Shown here one piece after another: positions 40,627 to 54,458 of a stretch of 64,000 bases of DNA. The position numbers and the translations under genes were made by a program. The notes under the pieces are model-generated. The model ran no database searches. It worked only from the letters and a program-made list of their open reading frames with translations, and had not been told where the DNA came from. The number at the start of each line of letters is the position of its first letter. The stretch's first letter is position 1. Source of the DNA: the human T2T-CHM13v2.0 reference genome, Homo sapiens. The DNA lies in the NCBI RefSeq assembly GCF_009914755.1, contig NC_060945.1. One strand, written 5' to 3'.

Positions 40627-42209
40627 CAAGTTTAAACAAATTTAACCTCTATTTCATAAAGGAAATTATTAAGACTAAAAATATGCTCATATGTGGGCTT
40701 TGCTTTACAAATGTGACCAAACTATTTCATATTAACTGTGAAAATATTATTAGCTTTGAGAATTAATAATATGAGCAAGTAAAATGAGCTTCTTCTCCTT
40801 CCTTTAAAAATGTGCCAACCAAGATGAAAACATTAGCTCTGCTTGTAATCATCAATTTTCAATAACTCATCAAGTCCCAATGCTTGATGTCACTCAGATC
40901 ACCCTACTGGCAATCGGTTTTCTCTAACCTTGTGATATTCTGTGTCTCTGATCCAGGGCCACCACAGCAGTTAACTTATTCAATCATGCCTGCAGCAATT
41001 CACTTTATACTTTAGAAAAATTAACCAGGAATAATGTTTCCAAATCATGTGGCCAAAACTAACTGTGCAAGGGACTATCATAACCCTTGCCCAGAGGATG
41101 AGTCAAGTTTCTTAACAAGCCCGTATGTCCATATCATGAATTGCTATTTTATGTGTATGGTGATGACTATGGAAGAGGAGAGGATTTGGATCTCTGCTAG
41201 AAAGTGTTGGTACATTTCCTACTCCTTTTTTATACTTCATTCCAGAAACAATCTGCTAGGCGCATTAGGAAAATGCCAGTTCAGTCATAACTTTGATCTG
41301 AAAATTAAGAATTTAGGGATCAAAGGAGAGTTAGTACTACTCTTAACACCCTCATAGGTGCAGGATCAAGAGTCAAGAAATAACTGACTTCAAACACTTT
41401 GAAACTGTGATGTCCACAGTTGAAGGATTGATTTCAAAAAAACCCACAAAAAGTCCGGCCACCTCCAAAATTTAAAAAGCATTAACATGTAAAAGAGTAC
41501 ATTATTTCTCAATAACACTTTCTACTTGTGGATATAGCTTAAGACTGGAAAGAAAGATCAAAATACTTGTAATGATTACATCATTTTTATGTATTGATGA
41601 GTATATTTTATAAGTTCAGAAATGTCAAATAATGTACCAGATTGTATATTTCTGTGCACTCATACTGAATTATTTCTGACCTAAAAACAAAATAAAATTG
41701 ACAACTACTAATTTAATATAAATATTTTGTGAGAAAAAGGAAAAACAATTCCAAATGAGATCAATTCATTTCACATAATGCTTCTTTGAAGCAAACTGGT
41801 GTCTGAGTTTCTGTTGGAAATTTACTATCCTATAGAATTTCTGGTATGTGTACATAAATAAAATTGCTTATATTCCTGAGTATTATTTTGTTTTTCCAGT
41901 TCATCTCTGGGCACAAATGATTTTGAAGAGTGGGAAGAATTTAGTCTTTATAAATAAAGAATATCTAATGGACAAAAGTAAGATTTCTGGATTATCATTA
42001 GCAATCTAAGTTGCTTATTTTCTTTAATTATAATATCTCAACCTTAATGAAGCAAAAGTAATATGAAGCATCTGTGAAAATATATTATTGACTTCTAAGA
42101 TTTCTAAACTTGTTTAGTTTTAAAAATTTACTTCAAATATGACTTCTAGATTTTTCAAAGTTCAGAAGACTGACCTATACTTCTACATGCCTATATTAAG
42201 AAAGGATTA

Positions 42210-42655
42210 AGGGAAGAACACATCGGGAAAAGTAGAGCAAGAACTTCCAAAAATCCACTTTTCCATAAAAACAATGATAACACTGATGACATTGTCAAAA
42301 TCAATGTTTTTCAGAACTCTGGAAATTAAACAAATGCTTACAACCATCCAAGGAACGTTTATTCCACAAAAAAGAAAATTGGTGGAACTGGAAGTAGGAA
42401 CAGTGAGGTTTGTAGTATTTAAGTTTCCTTATTCCCATGCACATTCGCACACTGCCCTCTCCAACAGCTTCCCAAACATGGTAGCTGTCAAAACCAGCAG
42501 GCTAGAAGCAACTTAAGGAAGCAGAACATGTTTGGATCTCCTCAAAAAGCTCTTCTCCTATTGTCCCTATTTGGCCCAACAGCTCCCTAAAAAATCTCCA
42601 TTTGCAGGACTTGTCTTTTCTTGACCTGACACAGAGCTCAGGTGATAAAAAGCCC
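42210..42655 (+). mobile_element. Old L1M (L1M4/L1MD-type) 5'-end fragment
   Basis: TCCATAAAAACAATGATAACACTG...TCAGAACTCTGGAAATTAAACAAA...TTGACCTGACACAGAGCTCA. Confidence 0.7.
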
Positions 42656-42656
42656 T

Positions 42657-43070
42657 TGATTCAATTTTAATATCTTACTGCTGACGACGTTTAAGCCCCA
42701 CAACTACCTTGCTCTTTCCCTTCTGCTCCACTTCTGGAACTCTAATAAGAAAGTCTAGATGCCACTTCCTTTGGTGTCTTTGCAACTTTTAAACCATGCA
42801 ATTCTCTGTCCGTATGCAAGCGCCCTTGCACTGGCACCACCCCCTTATAACAATAAAAATCCCAAGCCTGTCTACTTCTAAGTTTTTAGTCAAGACATTT
42901 GGGACCAACTTGAGAGGCCTCTCCTGCTGTCCTCATAAAGCCTTAGTATGTAAATAATAAACTTTCCATATTTCCAAGTATTTGGTGTGTGCTTATGGCA
43001 TCATTTGCCTTGACATCTGAAACAAATTGTAGATGGGAATTGGTAATGTCTCTGCAGGATGGCCTGAACA
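42657..43070 (+). mobile_element. ERVL-class 5' LTR (MER54-like)
   Basis: TG...CA ends; CTTACTGCTGAC..TTTAAGCCCCAC, AATAAAAATCCCAAGCC, TATGTAAATAATAAAC, TGGCATCAT..TTGACATCTGAAACAAATT. Confidence 0.7.
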
Positions 43071-43349
43071 ATTGCTTCAGTGAGCTGGGTGTCTAGAGAA
43101 TGACCACTGTCACCATGGGTCTGTCTTCTCTTGCGTCAGCTTGTTAACTGACTCTGTTATCTGCAGGTAAGCATAGATTTTGAGCTGCTGCTTGCTGGTT
43201 AGCTTGCACTTTAAGCTGTGCTATGTCGTGCCTCATTTGCCGAATTACACCAAGCCTCTGTTAAAAAAAAACAAGATCTAAGTCAGAAATTTGGGTAATT
43301 GACATTTTGGGACAGGACTACAGGACTGGAAACTTCGTAAAGTCTCTCC

Positions 43350-43607
43350 TTTTTTTTTTTTTTTTTGAGACAGAGTCTCGCTCTCTTGTCTAGGCTGGAG
43401 TGGGCAGTTGCATGATCTGGGCTCATTGCAGCCTCTGCCTCCCAGGTTCAAGCAATTCTCCTGCCTCAGCCTCCCGAGTAGCTGAGACTACAGGCCCATG
43501 CCGCCACACCAGTTAATGTTTTTGTATTTTGAGCAGAGATGGGGTTTGACCATGTTGGCCAGGATGATCTTGATCTCCTGATCTCATGATCCACCCACCT
43601 TGGCCCT
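43350..43607 (-). mobile_element. AluSc-like lacking about 30 bp of its 5' end
   Basis: Poly-T tail; CCAGGATGATCTTGATCTCCTGATCTCATGATCC; stops at CTTGGCC. Confidence 0.93.
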
Positions 43608-45679
43608 CAAGGGTCTTTTGTCTTTATTCCACACCTATCTGTGTATCTTAGCATGAATCATGTCTCTCAATTCCAGCATAAGCCATGACCGATGGTATAC
43701 TCAGGGGAACAACTTCTATACCCTATGTGGTACATGGGCCCTTTGGATGGTAACATATGTGGAGAAAAAGCACTTATTATTTAATAAACAGTAATTCTTT
43801 AAAGATTTGAGTTACCGATGTCTACACTCCTAAAGGTGAATGGCTCAGTTGTACCCTACAAAATGCTTCTGTTGCTGTTTCTGCCTCTGTTAAGACAAAG
43901 ATCATGATTCTCAGGACTATAGGGAAATATATCCATAACATTCCTGTGGTACACCCACTTAAGCTCAGACCCTTATGGCCAATAAAACAACTATTATTGC
44001 CATGGCTGAGGCCCTAAAGATGGCAATACTACTGGTCTGAGGCTTTTTTGGAGGAAGGAACTTAGAAATATGAGCAGGGTAGAAAGCCTACCACCCTAAA
44101 GTGTATCAAGTAATCACAGAGATAGGGAGACAGAGAGAAAGAAACAAAAAGAGACAGGGAGGGAGAGAGAAAAAGGACAGAAAGAAAATGGGCAAGGGGG
44201 AGGCAGGGGAAGAAGTCTGGATATAGGAAAAGTAAACAAAAACAATGAAACAGAGGTCCCCAATTTGACCTAACTTGAAAACCAAAATTTGCTAAAAGAA
44301 CTTATGTAACAGAAAGATAAAAGGCACTGATTGTATTTTGCACCTCTACAGCAAAGGCTCTGAAATAATTTTAACACCTGCTAAATTACACCAATTTGCA
44401 AACCTTCGTGGCCTTAATACTAGAATTCAAATTACAGTTATAGCTGAGAATCTAATTTAAACAAGATTTAACCTATAAATTTAGGGCAGTTCTTGAACAC
44501 AAAATATAGGACAGTTATAATCCATCTTAACTACACTAACTGTTGTCTTGCTTAAATTCCCCGAGGACGTAGTATTTATTGCCCTAAAATACCTCTAGTA
44601 GTCACAATTGCTGCGATACATTATGTAATAGATTAAAATTAAATGAAACCTTTGGCATTTACAAACTGGCTTGACAAAATGGGGCCCCGTAGATATTGTC
44701 CCTTCTTCCCAGTTAAAATAGTTAATACGTCCCAATGTAAATTAAGATAGGACAATCAAAGATTGAAACCCATTGTATAAGAGCTATTTAGAGGAGGAAT
44801 GATTATCTCCACTCATTTTCACTTAACCCAATTTTCCCAGTTCTTAAATATTGAACAAATGAATGGGATCTCACAATATATTATTGTAGTCTTAATGCTA
44901 AGGCTTCATCTATTGGACATCGATACTCAATATTATTAAAATTACCAACACAGTTGAATCAGCAAAATTATTTTCCTATTATACATCTCAATAATAAATC
45001 CCAGTCAATGCTTATTTCAACAGCTCTCTATCTACAATTTGCCCTTCACTCCAAAGAGATACAATAATCTTTTACCTGGCTATCCATGGGGTATGGGTAC
45101 AGGCCTTGAAATAATGTATAACCATCATAAGCAAGATCTTCACAGCATCTAGCTTTCTTCAATAGCATAGGCATGACGTTATATTGGTGACATCCTTACC
45201 CAAAGAGATTCATTTGACATGCTTACAAGGAAGCTCACAAAAAAAGAGAAAGGGCCATTGCTCCACGCATAGTTCATGGGCCAACTGCCTCAATCAAATC
45301 CATGAGAATTATTTTAATAAGTTAACAGTTGTTTTATCCCTGATAGTATCAAGAAACACCCACAATGTTAAAATAATCCTAATATATTTTAGTTTTTTAT
45401 TGTGCTTTGGGTGCAACATATATCCCTCATATAAAAATTTTACTTAAGCCCATTTATACTGTTGCTTTTAAATTTACTTAGCTTTGAAATGGAGCTTTTC
45501 CCAACAAAACTTTCTAGACTCTGTCAAAATTGCAAGACAACAGGCATCCCCATTTGTTTCTTCAGACACTCTTCATTGTAGAAGCTTTGGAAACCTACTC
45601 TCATATCTTCTGGAGTATGAGTCACCTATGATGACCACATGTTGTCCATAGTCTTGTCCTGAAAAAAACCAGCCCCGTT

Positions 45680-45977
<298 letters not shown>

Positions 45978-48724
45978 AAAACTAGCCCTGTTGGTTCCAT
46001 GCTGTATATAATTACAGCAGCAATTGCTTGTGACAAGCTGGGATCTCCTGGAAACCGAGGATCTCACAGGTTCTGGGTCTTTGGTCCTATCTTTCCAGTT
46101 GCATGTTATGCCTTGGGTCATAGAAGCAGCACCATACAAGCTCAGCATGGCTACTGAGGACTCTCCTGCAGGACGGAGCCAAACTCTGACATATCCCATA
46201 AGCAAGAGGAGGTAGCTACACCTTTACTCACTTCTTTACAGATGCCTTGTTGCCAGAAAATGTCATCCTTCTTTCAGATGCCATGGCTACCTGGGAATAT
46301 CTTTGTGATGACAGCAAGTGACAATAGAGGTTCATACACATCACACTTGATATTACTGGTATTATGCAAGAGGAACCCAGGGGAGAGTTGCTACTTTTCA
46401 CACCTTAACTAGGACATTCCTGATAAAGGACAAGATCCAAGAGTCAGTACATTTGGCAGTCATCTTACCACTGGATGTCCTGGAAAACAGCCTCAGCATA
46501 TAGAATCTTGGGGTATTAACAATGGTTGGCCTTCTGGGTCAAGCCAATGGCAGTGATGATAACTCTTTATCAAAAGTTACCCCCTTAGGAATCTCTTGAC
46601 TCACAGACACTCAAAATATAAACCAAGGTCACACATGTCTCTGCATATACTAAAGCCACAGTAAAGAGCCTCACCTCCTTAATCCCTTCGGACTTCCAGA
46701 CATTGGCAATAATCTTGGAGAAATCACTTATTGCGGTTTCAAGTCTCTTATTTAATAAATTATAGAACTATATATTTTTCTCCTGCAAAAGAAAAGAAAA
46801 TTTCTTTCTCCAGATGTCATATAGAGAGTCTCTTCACCAAGAACTATATTATTTTAATTTTAATAAAGATTTCCATATCATTTGGGTGATGCAACTTAAG
46901 GCAATAGGTCAGCACTTTAGAGCTCTTTAGTTTCTGGTTAATCTTTACCTTAGTCTTTTTTGGATAGAATGATGGTTTAATTACAATTTCTTCTTTTGCT
47001 GTTCCCTAATCTTGCACATAAATCTCCCTAGCCTCAGGAGGATGTCAAAAAGAGAGCTAATTTTTGCAGCATTTTTTTTTCTGGGATCAGAATATGTCTG
47101 CTCTCTTGGCAGAATCAGTTTTTAGTCTAGAATTTTCCCTGGTAATTGTGATGTATCTTATACGACTACCAAGATGCCTTATTTATTTTGTAAAGCCTTC
47201 TAATTATTCTCAGTGAAAAAAACAAATTAAACCACTCAATACTCTATTAACTGATGCAGAACCTTAGCTAATGTTATGTCCTATGAAAAAACTATCATGA
47301 ACTAGCAAAAACAGATTCATAAGTAGTCTTATTCAAGTGTAAGCTGTTAGGTTATTTTATGTATAAAATGACAAAATCATTACTCTAATTCTAATAACTT
47401 GACCTCATGATGGGGTTAGTGTCATCCTTTATGTGTGACTGTCACATTTAAGACACTCTCATCACACTATCAGCCCCAAAATACCTGGAAATTCAAATGC
47501 ATTTCACCTACCTATCTATTCTTGATGAAGATATAAATTCATGAGCATAGCTTTTATTTTAATGATACATCTTAGAAAGATGCTGTATTGCAGTGTCCAG
47601 TCTATCTTTAATCTACGTCTTATAATATTCTTCCATGAAAAACTGTGTAAGTAAACAGATGGTAAGTTTATGTAAATTGTTAAGGTTGTATCTATGTGTA
47701 TGAATACATGAATATTACATACATACAGTACATGTATATGTGTGTATATACGTATATGCATACTTATGCATGCCATTTTTGGCTAGATAACCAGACAACT
47801 TTAGAATCATTTAAGTGAAAATGCTGTATTTTATTTACATATATATTTATTTGTAAACTTCGTCCCCAAAAATGAATCAAAGCAGCAGAATGCACGGCCT
47901 AAATGAAGGAGCTTTCATATCACAGTGCTATGCACATTGTGTAGTATCTTTTTACCTTTCCTAACCAAGTGAAATTCAAAAGAAAAGAAAATGATTTTTC
48001 TTGTATTACAGCTTGATTAAGCTTCTTATTTAGAACACGACTAGATAAATTTACGGGATATTTTATGAAGGTCATCTAAATTCCACTAAGAAAATTAAAT
48101 TAATTCACAAGGGTTGGCTGGGTTTTTATGAAGTATTATGAAGAATTCCATTGTTATTACCTATTTTAAGATAATTGTTAAGAAGTAGATATCCCTTGTT
48201 AAATTAACAGATTAATTTGAAAAATCATAGCTAATATAATAGTTACCCACCCAGTTATATCCTTTAGTTACTCTATGGAAAAAATTACTAATATCAGGGC
48301 CACCAGCAACAAGAATTAATCAAAGTGCCCTCATTATGAAAAGAAAAACAATTTACTTTTTTTCAGTTTTTTACAGTGCACTCAGAAATACAATTATTAA
48401 GCTTTTAGCACTTGACTAATATTACAATTTTGTAATGAACAGATGTATACCATTTCAATTTTTCAATATGATATTATTAATATTAAACATATTATTCCCG
48501 GTGGTGGAAAACAAATTTTGAATATATTCATTCTTATAACTTTAAGAATATAGTTGTTATTGTTCTTGTCATTCTTTATGACTCATTGATTTCCCTCAAA
48601 AATTAAAAATAAAAAAGTCAACAGTTTTTATTACTGTTCAAGAAATGGCACAAACTGGATGCTAATTATTGAAGGCTTAAGAATGGGTTTCAGATATTTT
48701 TAATTCTAACTACATATTCTGAGC

Positions 48725-49084
48725 CAGGGGTTCTTAACGTCCAGTTCGCAGACTGGTACTAGTCCATGGCCTGTTAGGAAACAGGTGGCACATCAGGCAC
48801 ATCAGGAGGTGAGCCGCAGGTGAGTACGCATTACCCACTGAGCTCTGAGCTCCACCTCCTGTCAGATCAGCGGGGGCATTAGATTCTCATTGGAGGAGGA
48901 ACCCTATTGTGAGCTGCACATGTGAGGGATCCAGGTCGCATGCTCCTTATGAGAATCTAATTAATGCCTGATGATCTGAGGTGGAACAGTTTCATCCCAA
49001 AACCATCCCTCACCCACGTCTGTCTGTGGAAAAACTGCCTTCCATGAAACCAGTTCCTGGTACCAAAAAGGTTGGGGACCACTG
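48725..49084 (+). mobile_element. MER1B (hAT-Charlie MITE), full-length
   Basis: CAGGGGT...GGTTGGGGACCACTG termini; 8-bp TSD TTCTGAGC / TTCTAAGC. Confidence 0.93.
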
Positions 49085-49152
49085 TTCTAAGCAATCTGTG
49101 GTATAATACACTTTCTGAAGGCAAACATTTTAGGAGGCATTTGCTTTCCACT

Positions 49153-49808
49153 TGTAGACTGAATGTTTATGTATCCCTGCCCCCACTTCCTATGTTGAAG
49201 CCCTAATCCCCAATGTGATGATATTTGGAGGTGGGGCCTTTGGGAGGTAATCACATTTATCTGAGGACATATGAGCAGGGGGCCTCATGATGGGATTAGT
49301 GTCCTTATAAAAGGAGGAAGAGAGATCAGGGCTCCCTCGCTTTAGCCACATGAGATCACAGGAGAAGACAGCCATCTGCAAGCCAGGAAGAGGACACTCA
49401 CCAGGAACCTGAGCATGCTGCACCCCAAACTTGGACTTCCTGCCTCCAGAACTATGAGAAAAAATTGTCTGTTGTTTGCAAACACCGCATGTTCTCACTC
49501 ATAAGTGGGAGTTGAACAATGAGAACACATGGACACAGGGAGGGGAACATCATACACGGGGGCCCGTCGTGGGGGTGGGGGGCTAGGGGAACAATAGCAT
49601 TAGGAGAAATACCTAATGTAGATGACAGGTTGATGGGTGCAGCAAACCACCATGGCACATGTACACCTATGTAACAAACTGGCACGTTTTGCACATGCAC
49701 CACAGAACTTAAAGTATAATAATAATAATAATAATAATAAAAATAAATGTTTGTTGTTTAAACCACCTTGTCTATGTTATTCTATGATAGCAACCTGGAC
49801 TAACATAC
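49153..49808 (+). mobile_element. MaLR LTR (MLT1A-like) split by an L1PA insertion
   Basis: GACTGAATGTTTATGT...GGAGGTGGGGCCTTTGGGAGGTAAT...GCCTCCAGAACTATGAGA; resumes at AAACCACC...GATAGCAACCTGGACTAA. Confidence 0.9.
49478..49741 (+). mobile_element. L1PA (PA6/7-like) 3'UTR
   Basis: CAAACACCGCATGTTCTCACTCATAAGTGGGAG...AACTTAAAGTATAAT(AAT)n; TSD AAAAATTGTCTGTTGTTT / AATAAATGTTTGTTGTTT. Confidence 0.95.
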
Positions 49809-50329
49809 CACTCATTCATAAACATCACATTCAAGGCTAATTTGCAAACTTTTGTTCTTGATTGCTTGATACTCTAGCTTCTAATTTGCTAGAACTTATT
49901 TTGCATGTATAAACAACTTAAGCAACCCCAAAAGGATGGTTAAACAAAGAAATGTTTGCAAGTATAAAATACCATTTTCTTGAACTTTGGTCATATACTA
50001 TGGAAATGATAACAAATTTCAAGTTTTTGTTGCTGTGATTATCCTTGCAAATGTTAAAATAAAGAAAAGTGAAAAAATGAATAGACTTTAAAAATAAAAT
50101 AAACAGAAACAAATAATACAAAATTAATTATAGCAATTTATATTTGTTGGATGTTTTAATAATGCCCCTGAATAAAACATTTTTGCTATTGATTTATGCA
50201 GCACAAGCTATAACTATATGGGTTTTCCCTCAAATTCTTGGCCTTTTTAAAAATAGCTTATGCTAACCAGAGGAATAATTTTACTGTAATGTCTGAGAGA
50301 TTAGCTTTTCCCCCCACAGTATTTTTATG

Positions 50330-50841
50330 CTAGCGGTAAGCTGAATAGTGGCTCCAAAAACACCCAGATCCTAATGCCGGAGTCTGTGGTTCTTATAGCA
50401 CAGAGAAAGAGAAAAAGAGTCTTTGCCACTGTGATTAAATTATGGATATTGAGAGAGAGAGATTATCCTCAGGTTGAACTTAAATATAATCACAGTATTT
50501 GTACAAAAGAAAGTCACAGGGCCAGTTGACTACAAATAGAAGAAAAGTCAGCCATGTAATAGGAACAAAGACTGGCAGAGTCAGAGAGAGAAGATGCTAT
50601 ACCTCTGACTTTGAAGACAGATGGGCACCATGAGCCAAGAAATGTAGCTCTGCATGCAGGAAAAGGGAAGACATAGATTCTGCCCCAGAGCCCCTGAAGG
50701 GAGCACAGCCTTGCCAACAGCTTGATTTTAGTCCCACAGCACTGATTTCTGGTCATCAGAACTGTAAGAAAATTAATTTCTGTTGTCTGAAGTTGGCAAA
50801 TTTGTAGTAACTTGTTACAGTGGCCACAGGATAGTGACGCA
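50330..50841 (+). mobile_element. MaLR LTR (MLT1D-like)
   Basis: GCTGAATAGTGGCTCC...GTGATTAAATTATGGATATTGAG...CCATGAGCCAAGAAATG...AGAACTGTAAGA...TTGTTACAG. Confidence 0.87.
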
Positions 50842-51487
50842 ATATTGTGAATTTATTTTTTCCTCGTTAATATATATTGTTTTTAGTGCTACGCATTCTC
50901 CCCCACTCGCATAAACATCTGAAGGTACATGCAGCATGCTCTTTCCTTGTTTTCAAAATATCCTAATCAAAGTACAAAATTTTTCAATTGATAAATAAAT
51001 TTGACTAATACTCTAAGATCCACTTCTATAAAGGTTAAATTAAATGTGTATACTTTTTGAAGCCTATTGATCAGAATCAAAGGTACTTAAATATGCATCT
51101 ACTCTTCTGAATCCAATTTTGAAGGACATTTTGCATTGTAATGTTAGAAATACTTAGAACCTGAAACGGTGGTTATTTAGGTTAAAATAGCTATTTTTCC
51201 CAAGACAGAGGTTATTCTGATATGTGATAGGAAGAACCTAGGTGGTATTTAACAATCCATTTCTTTGAATTACTGCTTCACACCAAAACAGTCAATCTCT
51301 TTCCATTTAGCATGGAGTTTTAAGATACTGACAAGTTACTATTGATTCAAGAAAGTAAATTCATTTATGACTGGAAAAGTGCCCACTTTCTCATTTTAAA
51401 AACATTATCAGAGTACATATAAGACCGAAGTTCTTGTTCTGTGCTTCTCTAATCATAGCATTACATTCATTCCTAACATAATAACTA

Positions 51488-51738
51488 ACTAACTGTATTG
51501 AGTGCTTACTATATGCCAGGCACTGGTTAAAAATTATTCCATGTAGATAGCAAGGTAAGTAATTTATTTTATCACATTAATCCTGTAATATCAATAGCGG
51601 TTATGCTACAATTACAATTTTACTGGTGGAAAAACTGAGAAACAGAGAGGTTACAAAAACTTGCCCAAGAGTGCACACATAATAAACAGAAGAGCGGTTT
51701 ATTTGCAAAAGCCGTATCCTTAACCGTAATGCCTACTG
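51488..51738 (-). mobile_element. MIR
   Basis: TATTGAGTGCTTACTATATGCCAGGCACT...GAAAAACTGAGAAACAGAGAGGTTA..AACTTGCCCAAG core. Confidence 0.85.
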
Positions 51739-54094
51739 AGTTTCTGTAAGCAGGGGTTGCACGAGCAACTGCTGGCAAGCCACCTAAAGCTCCTGAAGGT
51801 AGCAAGATGGTAAAACATTTCTTAGTCGATGCTAAATATACAATGTATTGTTTACACAAACACACAAATTTTCAGTGTGCAATATAATATTCACCTAGGA
51901 TGGATTAGACTGGCCACACGTTAGCACCGTTCTCCCCAGAGCTGCATATGCTCTAACTATAAAACATTCAAAAGGTTGCTTTTATATGTAGGGTATATGA
52001 AATTTAGTAAGATACAATCTATAGATTCTACTTCTTAATAATTTTTAAACTTAATATGGAATCTAGATACATACATCTGTCTCTAGTACCTGTATAAACA
52101 GTGTAATCTGACCCATAAGTTCAGCATGAAAATCATTTTAAAATATATATATAAACATTTTTAAAGTTTTAAATTACACTTTTTACAACTTTAAAATTTA
52201 AATTTATTACTACAATAATGTTTTTACAGGCAGCAAATATTCCTCTCTTGGATTTTCTAAACACCTCTAGGTTTTCGTAGTTCATCTGCCCTGGAAACCA
52301 GTTACATCTCAAATGAAAGAGTTAAGCTAAGCTGGTTTAGGCAATGAGTGGGGATGCATCTTGCTTTTAATTATCCTGCTGAAAACTGGTCTACACAGTC
52401 TGATATATGATACATATTTTGTATATTTCATGATCTCCTCTTAGACTTCCCATAGGCATTAAACAAGGTGATTTTCTCCTTTCAAGTTAAGCCTGCCTGA
52501 GAGTGCCTGTTCTGGCTTAGGGCAGGAGATGGAGGATTGGGAGGTGGCTACTTATTCACCAGCCCTAATGTTTTCTTCTAGGTGTAAGCGTCTGTATTCA
52601 CTTGGCACTCTTGTTCTTTTTTCACTCCCTTATTTACTCTCCCCATATCCATTTTTCTTCTCTTTTTCCTTTCTTATTTGTCTGCTCAAAAATGACATGT
52701 TTTCAATGGCTCCTGGATGTGCAGTACGCTGAACAGTAAAAGTTCCGTCCCTGTAGGGCATGGTTTTCCAAGATCCTGTGCCTACCAGGGGGTCACACTA
52801 ATACTGACATGCTCTGTTATAAAGCGCATTTCGGACATACCAGATCAAGTCCTTTAGTTCAGCTTTTCGTTTTTAGATAAAAGTATTATTTGATTTTTAT
52901 CTACCTTTCATTGAATATTTCTCATCCTGTTACTTGCTGTAATTCTTACTTTCTAAAAATCTTTTAGATGTTCTTTTTCATTTTAAATGTTCTTTTTCCA
53001 TAATTGCCATCTTATGTTTTTTCATCCTATTCTTGTATTATTAGGTATCCATCTATCTTTTTAATTCTATCGCAGATGAATTATTTGAAACCCTTCCCAC
53101 TTACTCTGTACTACAGTTAAAGAGTTGGGCACAGTCTATTCTGTATCTTGAGAGGAGGGTAAGTAAGGAAGAACCCAGAAAGTATTTAACAGCTCATTTC
53201 CTTGAATTATTGTTTCGCCCCAAAACAGTAGATCTCTTTTTATTTAGAATGGAGTTTCCAGAGAGTAATTTCTTTCGGATGAGTAGTGTCTTACATGGAA
53301 GACTTGAGCTCAGCTCTCTGTTAAGAAATTTTGTGGCCTGACTGTTTTTAGGGCCCAAATATCCTCTGTTTCAGCCCTTAGAAAAATGATTTAAAAGCAT
53401 TGAGGTTTAAATTGGAATTAGATTTTACATTTCATAACATTTCCTTTATGTGGTTGCTGTTTGTCTGAATTTAACTATCCCTTTAATAAGCTATTGATGT
53501 TGGAATACTCTGGAATTTTGCTAGGTAGTCAATGGAATCTCTTCTGAATACCATCCCTCAAGGTTATAACCACAGGCTACATAACTTTCAGACAGTAGCT
53601 ATAAAATTCACCATGATCCATTCCAAGATTGGAATATCAGAGTGTAACTGAAATAAATTATATCTAAAACCTCAAAATGTCAAATTATGCACTTAGTTTT
53701 TGTTGTTGTTTGCTTGTTTGTTTTTTTCTGGGAGACGCCCCCTCCCCATCACGGCTCGTGATCTCTGAAAGGGATTCCCCAAAGGGAGAAGACTGAACTG
53801 ACCTCCAGGCTCTAGTTGGGTAGATGCTGAAGTACGATCAGCCTGTGTTTACCATTGCTTCACTTTGCCACATAGTGTATATTCTGAAAACTGGTCTAGT
53901 GCTGGCCCGGATCCCTGTGCTGGTCCCTATGAATATTTGAGGGATACTGCCATAGTTCCTTCACTGCTTACCCTGTTAAACGTGTTTCCTGGGACACAAC
54001 TGACTCCTAGTGCCCTGAGTGTTCTGGGTCCTGTGTATTCATGAGCTAAATCATGAATCACTACCAAAAATCTTGTGCCAAAATTGGTTTAAAC

Positions 54095-54313
54095 CAATGG
54101 TTCTCAACCATGAACAATTTAGCTCCCCCAGGAGACATTTGATTATGTTTGGAAACTTTTTGGTTGTCAAAGCAGGGACAGGAGGTTACAACTGGCGTCT
54201 AGTGTGTAGAGGCCAAGGATGCTGCTAAACATGTTACAATGCACGGTGCCGCACCTCAAAACAAAGAATTACATGGTCCCAAGTGTCAACAGGGCTGCAG
54301 TTGAGAAACCCCA
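54095..54313 (+). mobile_element. MER20 (hAT-Charlie), full-length
   Basis: CAATGGTTCTCAACC...AGAGGCCAAGGATGCTGCTAAACAT...GTTGAGAAACCC; 8-bp TSD GTTTAAAC / ATTTAAAC. Confidence 0.93.
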
Positions 54314-54347
54314 ATTTAAACCCTTAGAAACTTAAGCCAAACTTTCA

Positions 54348-54458
54348 GTATGTGGTATTTGGTTTTCTGTTCCTGAGTTAGTTTGCTAAGGATAATGGCC
54401 TTCGGCTCCATCCATGTCCCTGCAAAGTACGCAATCTCATTCTTCTTTATGGCTGCAT
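54348..54458 (-). mobile_element. Short internal L1PA (PA8-10-like) fragment
   Basis: TTTGGTTTTCTGTTCCTGAGTTAGTTTGCTAAGGATAATGGCC..CTCCATCCATGTCCCTGCAAAG..TTTATGGCTGCAT; no 3' terminus or tail. Confidence 0.88.

Noticed and set aside
52850-54060. Possible very old L1/HAL1 and LTR relics (also 63480-63842)
   Set aside because: Similarity too weak to assign by eye.
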